In this document: positions 43,743 through 52,603 of the stretch, in pieces
Layout of the letters: each line of letters opens with the position of its first letter
Position numbering within the stretch: the stretch's first letter is position 1
From: an uncultured Candidatus Poseidoniales archaeon
GTDB lineage: Archaea; Thermoplasmatota; Poseidoniia; Poseidoniales; Thalassarchaeaceae
Assembly (NCBI GenBank): GCA_902593945.1
Contig: CACJKA010000001.1
Span: 19,316 to 83,315 of the forward strand
Reading direction: 5' to 3'
DNA length: 64,000 nucleotides
The notes under the pieces: model-generated
Seen by the model: the letters and a program-made list of their open reading frames with translations, nothing else
Databases searched by the model: none
Told to the model about the DNA's origin: nothing
Translations under genes and position numbers: made by a program

Positions 43743-44915
43743 ATGTCAGGATACCTCGACCGCATAGGCGCCGGGAAAGTCTTGGTAAATAGAGAACCTT
43801 TTTCTTTTGATTGGACACCAGATCACCTAGTAGGAAGAGATAGAGAACTTACTGAATTAGCCAGTTTATTCACTCATGTAGAAAACCATAACTCAAGTTG
43901 TAGAGCTGTAATTACTGGACCAGTTGGCTCAGGTAAGACAGTTCTAACAAGACGTTTCGGACATGATTTGTTAAGCCACCTTGAAGGGAAAAGGAAGGTT
44001 GTCTTAGCACATGTAAATTGTAGAAATCATCCCTCTACATCACAAGTATTGCAGCGAATTGCTTTAACCTTGGACTCTGGCCATCCTGAAAGAGGACTTA
44101 GTTCAGGAGAAATAATACAGTCAATTAGAAGGAATCTACTTTCACACAACAGTCATCTTTTATTAGTTCTTGACGAAGTTGATTTGTTAATTAGAAGAGA
44201 TAATTCGGATTTGATATACAAACTCCTCAGAATCGATGAAGGACAAGAAAAACAAGGATCTATATCATTAATCTTAGTTAGTCAAGATTCTATGCTATTG
44301 AAATTATTCGAGCCAGCCATAATATCTAGATTAGGGGCAAGTAACATTCTAAAAATGAGCCCTTATGATAAAAAAGGACTAACGGATATTGCAAGGCAAA
44401 GAGCAGATATAGCCTGCAGAAATGGTTCAATAAGTGAGAAAGTTCTAGAAAAAATAGGATTTATGGCTGCAGAATCCGGAGATGCTAGATTAGCAATTGA
44501 ACTACTTGATTCATCAATAAGAAGAGCTGAATCAGCAGGCAGAGGTGAAGTTCTGATTGAAGATATCGAACAAAGTTCGGAAAGAGTTGCTGCAATAGAG
44601 CCTAGTCAAGTGGATGTGCTATCAAAAGATCAGAAATTGATAATGCTTGGACTTTGTAGAAGATTGAAAAAGGAAGCAGAAATAAATACTGGAGATGCTG
44701 AAAAACTTTACAAAATTGTTTGTGAAGAATATGAAACTAAACCAAGAAGTTATACTACGTTTTGGAAGCATTTGAAATTTCTAGAAAATCAGGGGTTAAT
44801 TGAAACTAGAAGTAGTAAATCAAATGTCGGAAGAGGAAGAACCCAATATATAACAATGAACAAAGTAGCACCCGCAAATTTAGCAAATAGAATTGAGAAA
44901 GAATTACAAAGATGA
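43743..44915 (+). CDS. orc1: Orc1/Cdc6 replication initiator
   Basis: An AAA+ domain carries Walker A (ITGPVGSGKTV), Walker B (LLVLDEVD) and a sensor-2-like motif (GDARLAIELL). A C-terminal winged helix follows (GRGRTQYI). Confidence 0.85.
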   Translation: MSGYLDRIGAGKVLVNREPFSFDWTPDHLVGRDRELTELASLFTHVENHNSSCRAVITGPVGSGKTVLTRRFGHDLLSHLEGKRKVVLAHVNCRNHPSTSQVLQRIALTLDSGHPERGLSSGEIIQSIRRNLLSHNSHLLLVLDEVDLLIRRDNSDLIYKLLRIDEGQEKQGSISLILVSQDSMLLKLFEPAIISRLGASNILKMSPYDKKGLTDIARQRADIACRNGSISEKVLEKIGFMAAESGDARLAIELLDSSIRRAESAGRGEVLIEDIEQSSERVAAIEPSQVDVLSKDQKLIMLGLCRRLKKEAEINTGDAEKLYKIVCEEYETKPRSYTTFWKHLKFLENQGLIETRSSKSNVGRGRTQYITMNKVAPANLANRIEKELQR

Positions 44916-44981
44916 TTATTCAATTTGAAATCGTCTTCCGAACCGCTCTTATAGGGGTCGTATGTCGGCAAGTCGTCTAAG

Positions 44982-45452
44982 GTGAGTAAAATGGCAGGTG
45001 AGCAATCTTTCAAGGCTGTAATCAATGATACTAAGCCGAGTGCCAAAGGCCGTTCATTCTCGGTAGAAATTACTGGATCTAACTTCAATCATTTCTTAGG
45101 GAAAAAAATTGGAGACTCAGTAGAAGGTATGTTTGTAGGAGAAGGTGACCAAACATTGAATGGATACAAACTTCAAATTACAGGTGGATCTGATAAAACA
45201 GGCCGACCTATGCGTTCTGAGTTAGAAGGTGGTAATGTTAAATCAGTACTTATTACTGCAGGAACTGGTTACAAAGGTAAGCGCTATGTTAAGAAAAACT
45301 CTAAAATTTATCGTTACAAATATGATGGTTTGCGTCGACGTAGAAACCTAAGAGGAAATACCATTAGCACAGATACTCGACAACTTAATCTTAAGGTTCT
45401 AGAATATGGTAAGAAATCTCTAGGTTCTATCCTTGGCGATGAAGAGGAGTGA
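44982..45452 (+). CDS. rps6e: 30S ribosomal protein S6e
   Basis: The S6e signature GGSDKTGRPMR is present. The likely start is MAGEQ at 44991. Confidence 0.9.
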   Translation: MSKMAGEQSFKAVINDTKPSAKGRSFSVEITGSNFNHFLGKKIGDSVEGMFVGEGDQTLNGYKLQITGGSDKTGRPMRSELEGGNVKSVLITAGTGYKGKRYVKKNSKIYRYKYDGLRRRRNLRGNTISTDTRQLNLKVLEYGKKSLGSILGDEEE

Positions 45453-45462
45453 ATCGTAGGGG

Positions 45463-46707
45463 ATGATGCTTCTGGCTGAAAGTAAAAGACAGCCGGAGGT
45501 AAATATTGGGATGGTCGGACACGTCGACCATGGTAAGACAACTTTGACTAAAGCCCTCTCTGGAACTTGGACAGATACCCATTCTGAAGAAAGAAAAAGA
45601 GGAATAAGTATCAAACTTGGATACGCAGATACTACATTCTATTGTACTGAAGAAGGAAATTATTACGCTAAGGGAAAACATCCTGAAGGGAAAAAGGACG
45701 TAAAAAAAGAATTATTGAGAGTTGTTTCTTTCGTTGATGCACCTGGTCACGAAACTCTGATGGCTGTTATGATTTCAGGTGCATCGATAATGGATGGGGC
45801 ATTATTACTAATTTCTGCAACTGAAAAATGCCCTCAACCACAAACAAGGGAACACTTAGCAGCTTTACAGATTGCTGGAATAAAAAATATCGTTATTGTA
45901 CAAAATAAAATCGATTTAGTTTCTAAAGAAAGAGCTATAGAATCTTTCAATGAAATCAAACAATTTGTGGAGGGAACACTAGCAGAAAATGCACCGATAA
46001 TACCTATTTCTGCACAGCAGGACGTAAATCTTGATGTTTTAATTCAAGCAATCGAACATACAATCCCCACTCCAGATAGAACAAAAGAAGATGCAGGACT
46101 AATGTATGTTGCAAGATCTTTTGATACAAACAGACCTGGTGCTCGTCCAAAAGATCTTTCGGGTGGAATAATTGGTGGCAGCATCGTTGAAGGATCTTTT
46201 TCAGTTGGCGATAAAATTACCATTGCACCAGGAAGAAGAATTCAAGTAGGCAATAAAACTCGTTGGGAGCCCTTAGATACACATATCGAGAGTATTAAGG
46301 GTGGAGGATTGAATCTAGAAACCGCTCATGCGGGCGGTTTATGTGGCATTGCTACTCCATTAGATCCAGTTACAACTAAGGCGGATGAGTTATCTGGACA
46401 AGTGATGGCAAAACAAGGTGAACTACCTCCAATTTGGGATACTCTAGAACTAGATTTGGAACTATTAGAGAAAATGGTGGCGGGAGCAGAGGGGGATTCT
46501 GATCCTGTTCGTCCACTGTCGATGAATGAGATGTTAATGATTAATTCAGCCACGGCTACTTCAGTCGGAACTGTAACCAAAAAAGGTAAAATTTCGAAAA
46601 TTGCTCTCAGGCTACCAATTTGTGCTAAAGTTGGTAGTAGAATTACACTATCGAGAAGAGTTGGTTCCAGATGGCGTTTGATAGGCCATGGGACAATTGT
46701 GGGGTGA
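45463..46707 (+). CDS. eif2g: Translation initiation factor 2 subunit gamma
   Basis: It has a GTPase G1 motif (GHVDHGKTT), DAPGH, NKID, and a zinc-knuckle Cys pair, followed by beta-barrel domains II and III. The product is 414 aa. Confidence 0.95.
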   Translation: MMLLAESKRQPEVNIGMVGHVDHGKTTLTKALSGTWTDTHSEERKRGISIKLGYADTTFYCTEEGNYYAKGKHPEGKKDVKKELLRVVSFVDAPGHETLMAVMISGASIMDGALLLISATEKCPQPQTREHLAALQIAGIKNIVIVQNKIDLVSKERAIESFNEIKQFVEGTLAENAPIIPISAQQDVNLDVLIQAIEHTIPTPDRTKEDAGLMYVARSFDTNRPGARPKDLSGGIIGGSIVEGSFSVGDKITIAPGRRIQVGNKTRWEPLDTHIESIKGGGLNLETAHAGGLCGIATPLDPVTTKADELSGQVMAKQGELPPIWDTLELDLELLEKMVAGAEGDSDPVRPLSMNEMLMINSATATSVGTVTKKGKISKIALRLPICAKVGSRITLSRRVGSRWRLIGHGTIVG

Positions 46708-46713
46708 ATCAAC

Positions 46714-47082
46714 TTGGACTGCGTCCTAATAGACGCTTGTGGATGGGCAGCGTTAATTGATGCTGAACTAAACATAGATATCTCTATGAGTAAAATTATA
46801 GGGAAACCTAGATACCTATTATTAGAAAAGGTCAAACAAGAATTAGAATCATTATCGAAACAAAGAAAAGGACTTTTATTGAATTTATTAGATAAGAAGT
46901 CGGAATTAATCAAAGCACCTATGGGATTAAGGCATACAGACCAGATGTTACTAGAATTATCTCGAGAAAACGGATGGCCGGTATTAACAGTAGATAGAAG
47001 ATTAAAAGAGAGATTGATTAATACTGGTGGATCGTATATTGAAGTAACTTCAAAAAATGTATTAAGATTGATACAGAATTAA
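46714..47082 (+). CDS. PIN-domain-like protein (from the conserved archaeal S6e-eIF2gamma-PIN neighbourhood)
   Basis: The N-terminus (CVLIDACGW) has an acidic residue in a PIN-like strand. The conserved gene-order context is established knowledge. Confidence 0.4.
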   Translation: MDCVLIDACGWAALIDAELNIDISMSKIIGKPRYLLLEKVKQELESLSKQRKGLLLNLLDKKSELIKAPMGLRHTDQMLLELSRENGWPVLTVDRRLKERLINTGGSYIEVTSKNVLRLIQN

Positions 47083-47375
47083 GGTAAAGTAAACAATCTG
47101 TCATCTCCATGGCCATCGAGTAAACCAATTCTAACAGCAGCATCAATCCATGCATGGGCATAATTAATTGCGCCAAATGCACGTACTAGATCCCCATTAT
47201 TCATGAAGTAAAGTGCATCTTTCTGATAATCATCACACATTCTAAGCATTGCTTTAAGCCTGTTTTCATCTTCTGTATTTTTAGTAATAGAAGTTGCTTT
47301 CATTCTTGCTTCAGCGGTTAAATCGAGATATTTTTGGACTTTTTCCTTAGACACGATGTTTCCATTATCAGACAT
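47079..47375 (-). CDS. Small conserved hypothetical protein
   Basis: This 98 aa ORF has clean boundaries against its neighbours and no recognisable motif. Confidence 0.3.
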   Translation of the reverse strand: MSDNGNIVSKEKVQKYLDLTAEARMKATSITKNTEDENRLKAMLRMCDDYQKDALYFMNNGDLVRAFGAINYAHAWIDAAVRIGLLDGHGDDRLFTLP

Positions 47376-47384
47376 AATTACTCC

Positions 47385-49319
47385 TCAAAATTCATTTGCG
47401 GCCGCCTCGCTTAATTTGAATAAGCGAGTCCTGCCTTGTTTTCTAACTGATAACATGCCTGATTTCTGAAGACTGTTATATAATTGAGAAAGGCGAGGAC
47501 GGCCGACTTCTAATCTAGCCTGTAGTTCATCATCAGAGGGAGAAATTTCTCTAATTGAAGCTACTTCTAGAATCATTCTCTCAGCATCAGAGAGTGAGTA
47601 AAATCTATTCACATCCAATTCCCTATCATCTTCCCAAATTGGAGAAAATCTTGATTTTTTAGTAGGGAAATCATTAATCATAGAGGTGTCTTTCTCTTTT
47701 GGGAAGATTGGAACAGATTCTACTAATTCAACTGTATCCTGAATTTCTGGTTCTTCGAAAATAATTTCTTCAATTTCTGATTCTTGAGACATGGGTTCCT
47801 CTATAAAAGATTCATTATTTGGAAGAGAATCATTTGACGCTGATGGATTTTTTGTCATTTTTGGTACAGTAGACTGGTACGAAGGTTCAACTGACCATTC
47901 GGCTCCTTCGATGCTATCTACTATTTCATAATCAATTGACTGGATATTTTGATCCATTCTCGCTTCGGAAACTATTGGTTCATCGATTTCATTTTTATTT
48001 TTAATTTTGAACGTCTCACGGCCGACATAATTGTCTAAAGTTGATTGTGAAGGTTCTTCATCTGCATAAGTAATTGGAACATGAGGAGAAATGTCATCTT
48101 CCATACCATAAGTGGCTTTTTGTGACCTCTTTCTAAGGGATCCAAATTTCTTACTTATTGTAACGGGAGATGGTTGTGGCATTCTCTCAGGGGGTTCGGT
48201 ACCAGGTGACATGAACAATTCTGTCTCATCAGGGATATTGTCTTCTTCTATTGTATTAGTTTCTTCATCAATTAAGTCATTTTTAATTTCGGAGAAATTA
48301 TCTTGCCATATTGGCTTTTCCTCATCGGTTATTTCATCATCTTCTTCAGAGAAGTTATCAATTAATAAAGGGGTTTCTTCGTCATCAAAATCCCGCAAAT
48401 CTGATGGTTCCTCATCAATCAATTCGTCGTTCTCAAGTTCGTTATCAATAATTTCGGAGACAGGAATATTAGGTTCATAATTATCATTACTAATATTGTT
48501 TTCAGCATAGACTTTTTCATCAATAACAGGCGTCTTTAGCGCTTGGAAAGACATGAGATTTTCCAGCGTTCCTTGATATCCAAGATCTCTCTTTTCATCC
48601 ACTAAACACTTCAGAATTCTTATAGTATCTCTAGGATTACCTCCTGTTCTTTCGTGTATTGAATTAAGAATCATTGGATTAATAATCCACTTCTCCTTAG
48701 ATTTGAGCCTCATCCGGTTATTCACCATTTCTTGTATCTCAATTTTTGTGAAATTATCTAACCTATCTGGTTCATCAAAAAGGTTTCTCATTTCTTCGTT
48801 AAGTTCTAAATACTGAGATTCGGTCAAACTTACAATTACCATTGTTCGAAGTCTAGAGAGAATTGGGCAGATTCTAGATAAGAAAGAATTTATTTCGATT
48901 ATTTGAGGAGGGTAATCTAAAGCTATAATTGGTAAAGGCCCTTTATCTTCATCGAACAAAGAAATTAGTTTCTGAGATAATTGATTCATTGTACTTATTG
49001 ATTGGAATGTTCCGAAATGGGTTAATATTTCATGTAGTACTAACTTTGCTTGATCGCCCTCTTCAGATAAAAACTGACCAATATATTTTTTTGGAGTTTG
49101 GGAAGAAATCGCATTGATCATTGAAGTCCTACCTGAGCCGGATTCGCCAACTAATAGAATCATCCTAGGTGAGCCAGAAAGAATATGTTCTCTCCATCGA
49201 TGGAGTATTTCTTTTCGTCCGACTAAATCATGAGCTCTTGATGATTCAATGGGGCGGTTGTCAAAAGGATTTCCTCGTAAAGCAGGTAAGTCGATCAAAC
49301 TGGCCCCACCACCGTACAT
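47385..49319 (-). CDS. Divergent Orc1/Cdc6-like AAA+ protein with an acidic disordered insert of about 300 aa and a C-terminal winged helix
   Basis: The N-terminal AAA+ domain has a variant P-loop (LLVGESGSGRTS), Walker B (IIALDYP) and a sensor-2-like motif (ERTGGNPRDTIRILK). Residues about 290-560 are extremely D/E-rich low-complexity sequence. The C-terminal wH-like segment is LSQLYNSLQKSGMLSVRKQGRTRLFKL. Confidence 0.55.
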   Translation of the reverse strand: MYGGGASLIDLPALRGNPFDNRPIESSRAHDLVGRKEILHRWREHILSGSPRMILLVGESGSGRTSMINAISSQTPKKYIGQFLSEEGDQAKLVLHEILTHFGTFQSISTMNQLSQKLISLFDEDKGPLPIIALDYPPQIIEINSFLSRICPILSRLRTMVIVSLTESQYLELNEEMRNLFDEPDRLDNFTKIEIQEMVNNRMRLKSKEKWIINPMILNSIHERTGGNPRDTIRILKCLVDEKRDLGYQGTLENLMSFQALKTPVIDEKVYAENNISNDNYEPNIPVSEIIDNELENDELIDEEPSDLRDFDDEETPLLIDNFSEEDDEITDEEKPIWQDNFSEIKNDLIDEETNTIEEDNIPDETELFMSPGTEPPERMPQPSPVTISKKFGSLRKRSQKATYGMEDDISPHVPITYADEEPSQSTLDNYVGRETFKIKNKNEIDEPIVSEARMDQNIQSIDYEIVDSIEGAEWSVEPSYQSTVPKMTKNPSASNDSLPNNESFIEEPMSQESEIEEIIFEEPEIQDTVELVESVPIFPKEKDTSMINDFPTKKSRFSPIWEDDRELDVNRFYSLSDAERMILEVASIREISPSDDELQARLEVGRPRLSQLYNSLQKSGMLSVRKQGRTRLFKLSEAAANEF

Positions 49320-49381
49320 ATGTGCCGGTAAGTATACTAGTTCATAATATTCACGCTTAATTACGCATGAAAAACGTTTTG

Positions 49382-49515
49382 TTAACGCTTTTTATCGACT
49401 ACTGAATTAAAAAACACAATTAAAATGCCAAAAATAGTACTTTAAGCCTATTTTATTAACGCTTTATTAACGCTTATTTAATGCGTTAACGATGCGTTAA
49501 CGACATAATTAACGC
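49382..49515. repeat. Array of TTAACGC/GCGTTAA repeats with 11-bp phased tandem units in an AT-rich intergenic region
   Basis: TTAACGC occurs at 49382-88, 49456-62, 49467-73 and 49509-15. GCGTTAA occurs at 49483-89 and 49494-00. There are 11-bp tandem units TTTATTAACGC x2 (49452-49473) and ATGCGTTAACG x2 (49481-49502). The 8-bp palindrome CGTTAACG is embedded, and degenerate copies lie at 49354-49368. Confidence 0.7.
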
Positions 49516-49667
49516 ATAAATTAGAGATAAAAATACTAAAATCCACATTATAGTAGAGAGAATATCTTAAGAAATCAAATCATAGAAGGTCATCTAATAA
49601 TATCAAGAAACATAAATAATCAGCAGATTCAGGAATTTTAAAGCAAAGACATTACAAACGATATGTC

Positions 49668-50981
49668 TTGGCAAAGAATGGTGAAGACATGCCAGTAGAC
49701 AACAGTCGATTGAAAGGATTTTACAAACTATCAGTACCAGAAAGAAGAGAGCATTTAGCACAACTTGCTGGGTTAACGCCCGAACAAGTAAATGCTTGGG
49801 CCGATGCAGAGTTATCAGAAGATGCTGCAGATAGAATGATTGAGAACGTTGTTGGTAGGTATTCGTTGCCAATTGGAGTGGCTACGAACTTCATAATTGA
49901 TGGAGAACATTACTTGATTCCTTTCGTAGTAGAAGAAGCAAGTGTAGTAGCTGCTGCATCAAACATGGCCAAAAGATGTCAATCGAAAGGAGGATTCACA
50001 TCAGACAATACTGATCCGATTATGATAGGGCAGATACAAATTGTAAATTGTGCTGACCCTGAAGCTTCAAAGAAATCTATCTTATCTTCTAAAGATGAAT
50101 TGATACAGTTGTGCAATGATGTCGACCCCATATTAGTTAAATTTGGAGGAGGGTGTAAAGATGTCGAAGTTAGGATTATCGAAACTATGTCAGGGCCGAT
50201 GGTGATTGTCCACATATTAGTAGACTGTAGAGATGCGATGGGTGCTAATGCTGTCAATACTATGGCAGAAACTATTGCCCCGAAAATAGAGTCATTATCG
50301 GGAGGTACTGTTATTCTCAGAATAATTAGTAATCTTGCAGTCCATAGGCTGGCTAGAGTTAGTGCAACATTTACTCCAGAAGAGATGTCCGACAATGGAG
50401 ATGCAAAACAAGGCTCTGAAGTAATAGATGGAGTGATACAAGCATACCATTTTGCTGCTGCAGATCCTTTCAGAGCGACTACACACAACAAAGGGATCAT
50501 GAATGCTATTTCACCTATAGCAATAGCATGTGGACAAGATTGGAGAGCTATTGAGTCCGGTGCACATTCATACTGCGCTCACGAAAAACAATACACATCA
50601 ATGACTCATTGGGAAAAAGATGAACAAGGAAACCTAGTAGGCAGTATAGAATGCCCGATGGCGGTCGGATTAGTTGGTGGAGCTGTAAGGATACATCCAG
50701 GAGCCCAAACTAATGTTGCACTCTTGGGAATAAAAAGTGCTGACGATTTAGCTAAAGTAATGGCGGCTGCAGGTATGGCGCAAAATCTAGGCGCGTTAAG
50801 AGCATTAGCAACTGTTGGAATACAGGCAGGACATATGAAACTACATTTGAAGAATATGATTAGTTCCGCTGGTGCAAAAGATAATGAAATTGATTTAGTA
50901 GCTAACATGGTGAAAGAAAGTGGTGAAAGAATTACAATGGCAGCTGTAGAAGATGCCCTGAAAACTATCAGAAATGAATAA
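49668..50981 (+). CDS. hmgA: Hydroxymethylglutaryl-CoA reductase (class I, NADPH)
   Basis: The motifs ENVVG, DAMGANAVNTM and GTVGG-like (GLVGGAV) are present, and the length is 437 aa. The ORF track start is a TTG at 49668; an in-frame ATG at 49689 (MPVDNS) is the more probable start. Confidence 0.9.
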   Translation: MAKNGEDMPVDNSRLKGFYKLSVPERREHLAQLAGLTPEQVNAWADAELSEDAADRMIENVVGRYSLPIGVATNFIIDGEHYLIPFVVEEASVVAAASNMAKRCQSKGGFTSDNTDPIMIGQIQIVNCADPEASKKSILSSKDELIQLCNDVDPILVKFGGGCKDVEVRIIETMSGPMVIVHILVDCRDAMGANAVNTMAETIAPKIESLSGGTVILRIISNLAVHRLARVSATFTPEEMSDNGDAKQGSEVIDGVIQAYHFAAADPFRATTHNKGIMNAISPIAIACGQDWRAIESGAHSYCAHEKQYTSMTHWEKDEQGNLVGSIECPMAVGLVGGAVRIHPGAQTNVALLGIKSADDLAKVMAAAGMAQNLGALRALATVGIQAGHMKLHLKNMISSAGAKDNEIDLVANMVKESGERITMAAVEDALKTIRNE

Positions 50982-50985
50982 AATT

Positions 50986-51597
50986 TTATTCATCTAAGTT
51001 ATTTATTTCATCTTCTCCGGTGAATTCAGTTATCGACATCTGTTCATCCGGGGCTAAAGAGGCTGCTAATTGGGCGCTTGTTAGACCTGCCTTTGCTGCT
51101 TCGGAACGAAACCATGTACGTACTGCACGGTAATCCACTTCTGGACAACCAAAATACTCAGCGAATCTTCTCGTAGTGGTAAGACGCCTTGTTAAACCAT
51201 CCCTACGCCGGTCAATTAAGCCTAAGTTTGCTAAATCTCTGACATGATCATAGGCTCTCTGACCTAACATTTCAACTAATTGAGACTGAGCCATTGGTTG
51301 ATGGTAAGCAATTAATGCAGCTGCTGGAAGAAGTCTTTGAGGAGTGTCTGGACGGAATGATTCGGGCAAAAATGGAGAAAGATTTGGGCGTACTTCGAAA
51401 ATCCAACGTCCAGAAACTTCTGTTAATTGTAATGCTGAATCTTGTCTTCTCTTTATTCTAGATTGTAATTCTTCTAAAGAAGATTGTACCTCTTCAATCG
51501 ATTTATCGACTGTCTGAGAAAGTTCATCAGTAGACATTGAACGACCCGAAGTAAACATTATTGCTTCAAGAATTACCGAAAGACTTGCCTCATTCAT
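50986..51597 (-). CDS. scpB: Segregation and condensation protein B
   Basis: Two winged-helix repeats are present (LEAIMFTSGRSMSTDELS, LIAYHQPMAQSQLVEMLG). The gene is adjacent to scpA. Confidence 0.8.
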   Translation of the reverse strand: MNEASLSVILEAIMFTSGRSMSTDELSQTVDKSIEEVQSSLEELQSRIKRRQDSALQLTEVSGRWIFEVRPNLSPFLPESFRPDTPQRLLPAAALIAYHQPMAQSQLVEMLGQRAYDHVRDLANLGLIDRRRDGLTRRLTTTRRFAEYFGCPEVDYRAVRTWFRSEAAKAGLTSAQLAASLAPDEQMSITEFTGEDEINNLDE

Positions 51598-52594
51598 TGA
51601 ATAATAAGCCCCCTGGAATTTTAGACTTAGGATTTATTCTGTTTGTTAAAGTAGAGAAATCATCGTCATCTAAGTGGAGATTTTTTAGAGATATATTTCC
51701 TTCATTGTCCTGAGATACCTCTGCATAACCTCTGTGTGTGAGGAACAAAGAAGAAACTAATGCTGTAACTTGCGCTTCTGATTCTGCCTCTTCCCGACTT
51801 ATTCCTGACCTGACCGAATTTTCTCTGAGAATATCCACTATTTCACTAAGATCTGTCGATTCTTTAGAAATTGTGCGGCTACGTAAAGCATCCCATGTTC
51901 TTTTGAGATCATCTTCGAGATTCTCAATATGCAAACTCCCTCCAAATCTCGCTCTTGCTTTCTCATTCGCCTCTCGCCGTTCTTTAGCGATTTGTTCCCT
52001 CATTCTTTGCTCTTCTGAGAGTCTACCTGCTGCTTGGAGACCCATTAAAAGTTCGCCTAAAGTAACTGGCCTCCCTTCTTCACGATGAATTCTGCCTTCA
52101 AACATACTGGGAAGTACTTCATCAGCTGCGCCAGTAAGTACTCCTACTGAGAAATTATAGTCCTCATCGGAAAACTCACTCTCCCATGTTTCTTCAAACT
52201 CCCATGTGTCGTTAATTTCTTCTTCGATGAGAGATCTTTCTTGCCTCTCAATAAGTGAACTTGCCTGGCCTCTGAGTATTGACCAGGCCATACGTACCAA
52301 ACGCCCACATGTTGGCAAATCAATATTTTCTGAATTATTTATTCTCTCTGTAAATAAATCTAAGAATACGGATAAATCAACATCCCATGGGTCTAAATCA
52401 CTATTTTGAAATAATTGAAAAACCAGTGCCACTGAACGATCGAATGGATCAATAAGAAATTGATGTTCTGCTTCTTCTACTCTCGATAATTCTACTAATC
52501 TATCGAGATAACGATTTGTTTCGAGATCTGTGTCACCTCCAAGCAATCGAGAAACTATATCATCCCTCATTGTAGAACCATCAAAAACAGACAA
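51590..52594 (-). CDS. scpA: Segregation and condensation protein A (kleisin)
   Basis: The N-terminal ScpA motif pattern is present (FDRSVALVFQLFQNSDLDPWDVDLS), and a C-terminal winged helix follows. The gene sits between smc and scpB. Confidence 0.75.
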   Translation of the reverse strand: MSVFDGSTMRDDIVSRLLGGDTDLETNRYLDRLVELSRVEEAEHQFLIDPFDRSVALVFQLFQNSDLDPWDVDLSVFLDLFTERINNSENIDLPTCGRLVRMAWSILRGQASSLIERQERSLIEEEINDTWEFEETWESEFSDEDYNFSVGVLTGAADEVLPSMFEGRIHREEGRPVTLGELLMGLQAAGRLSEEQRMREQIAKERREANEKARARFGGSLHIENLEDDLKRTWDALRSRTISKESTDLSEIVDILRENSVRSGISREEAESEAQVTALVSSLFLTHRGYAEVSQDNEGNISLKNLHLDDDDFSTLTNRINPKSKIPGGLLFNE

Positions 52595-52603
52595 TTAATT
52601 CCC

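Noticed and set aside
47700-48450. Low-complexity GA/GAA-rich DNA that looks like a tandem repeat
   Set aside because: It is the coding sequence for the acidic D/E-rich insert of the Orc1-like protein. There is no exact nucleotide periodicity, so it is compositional bias and not a repeat element.
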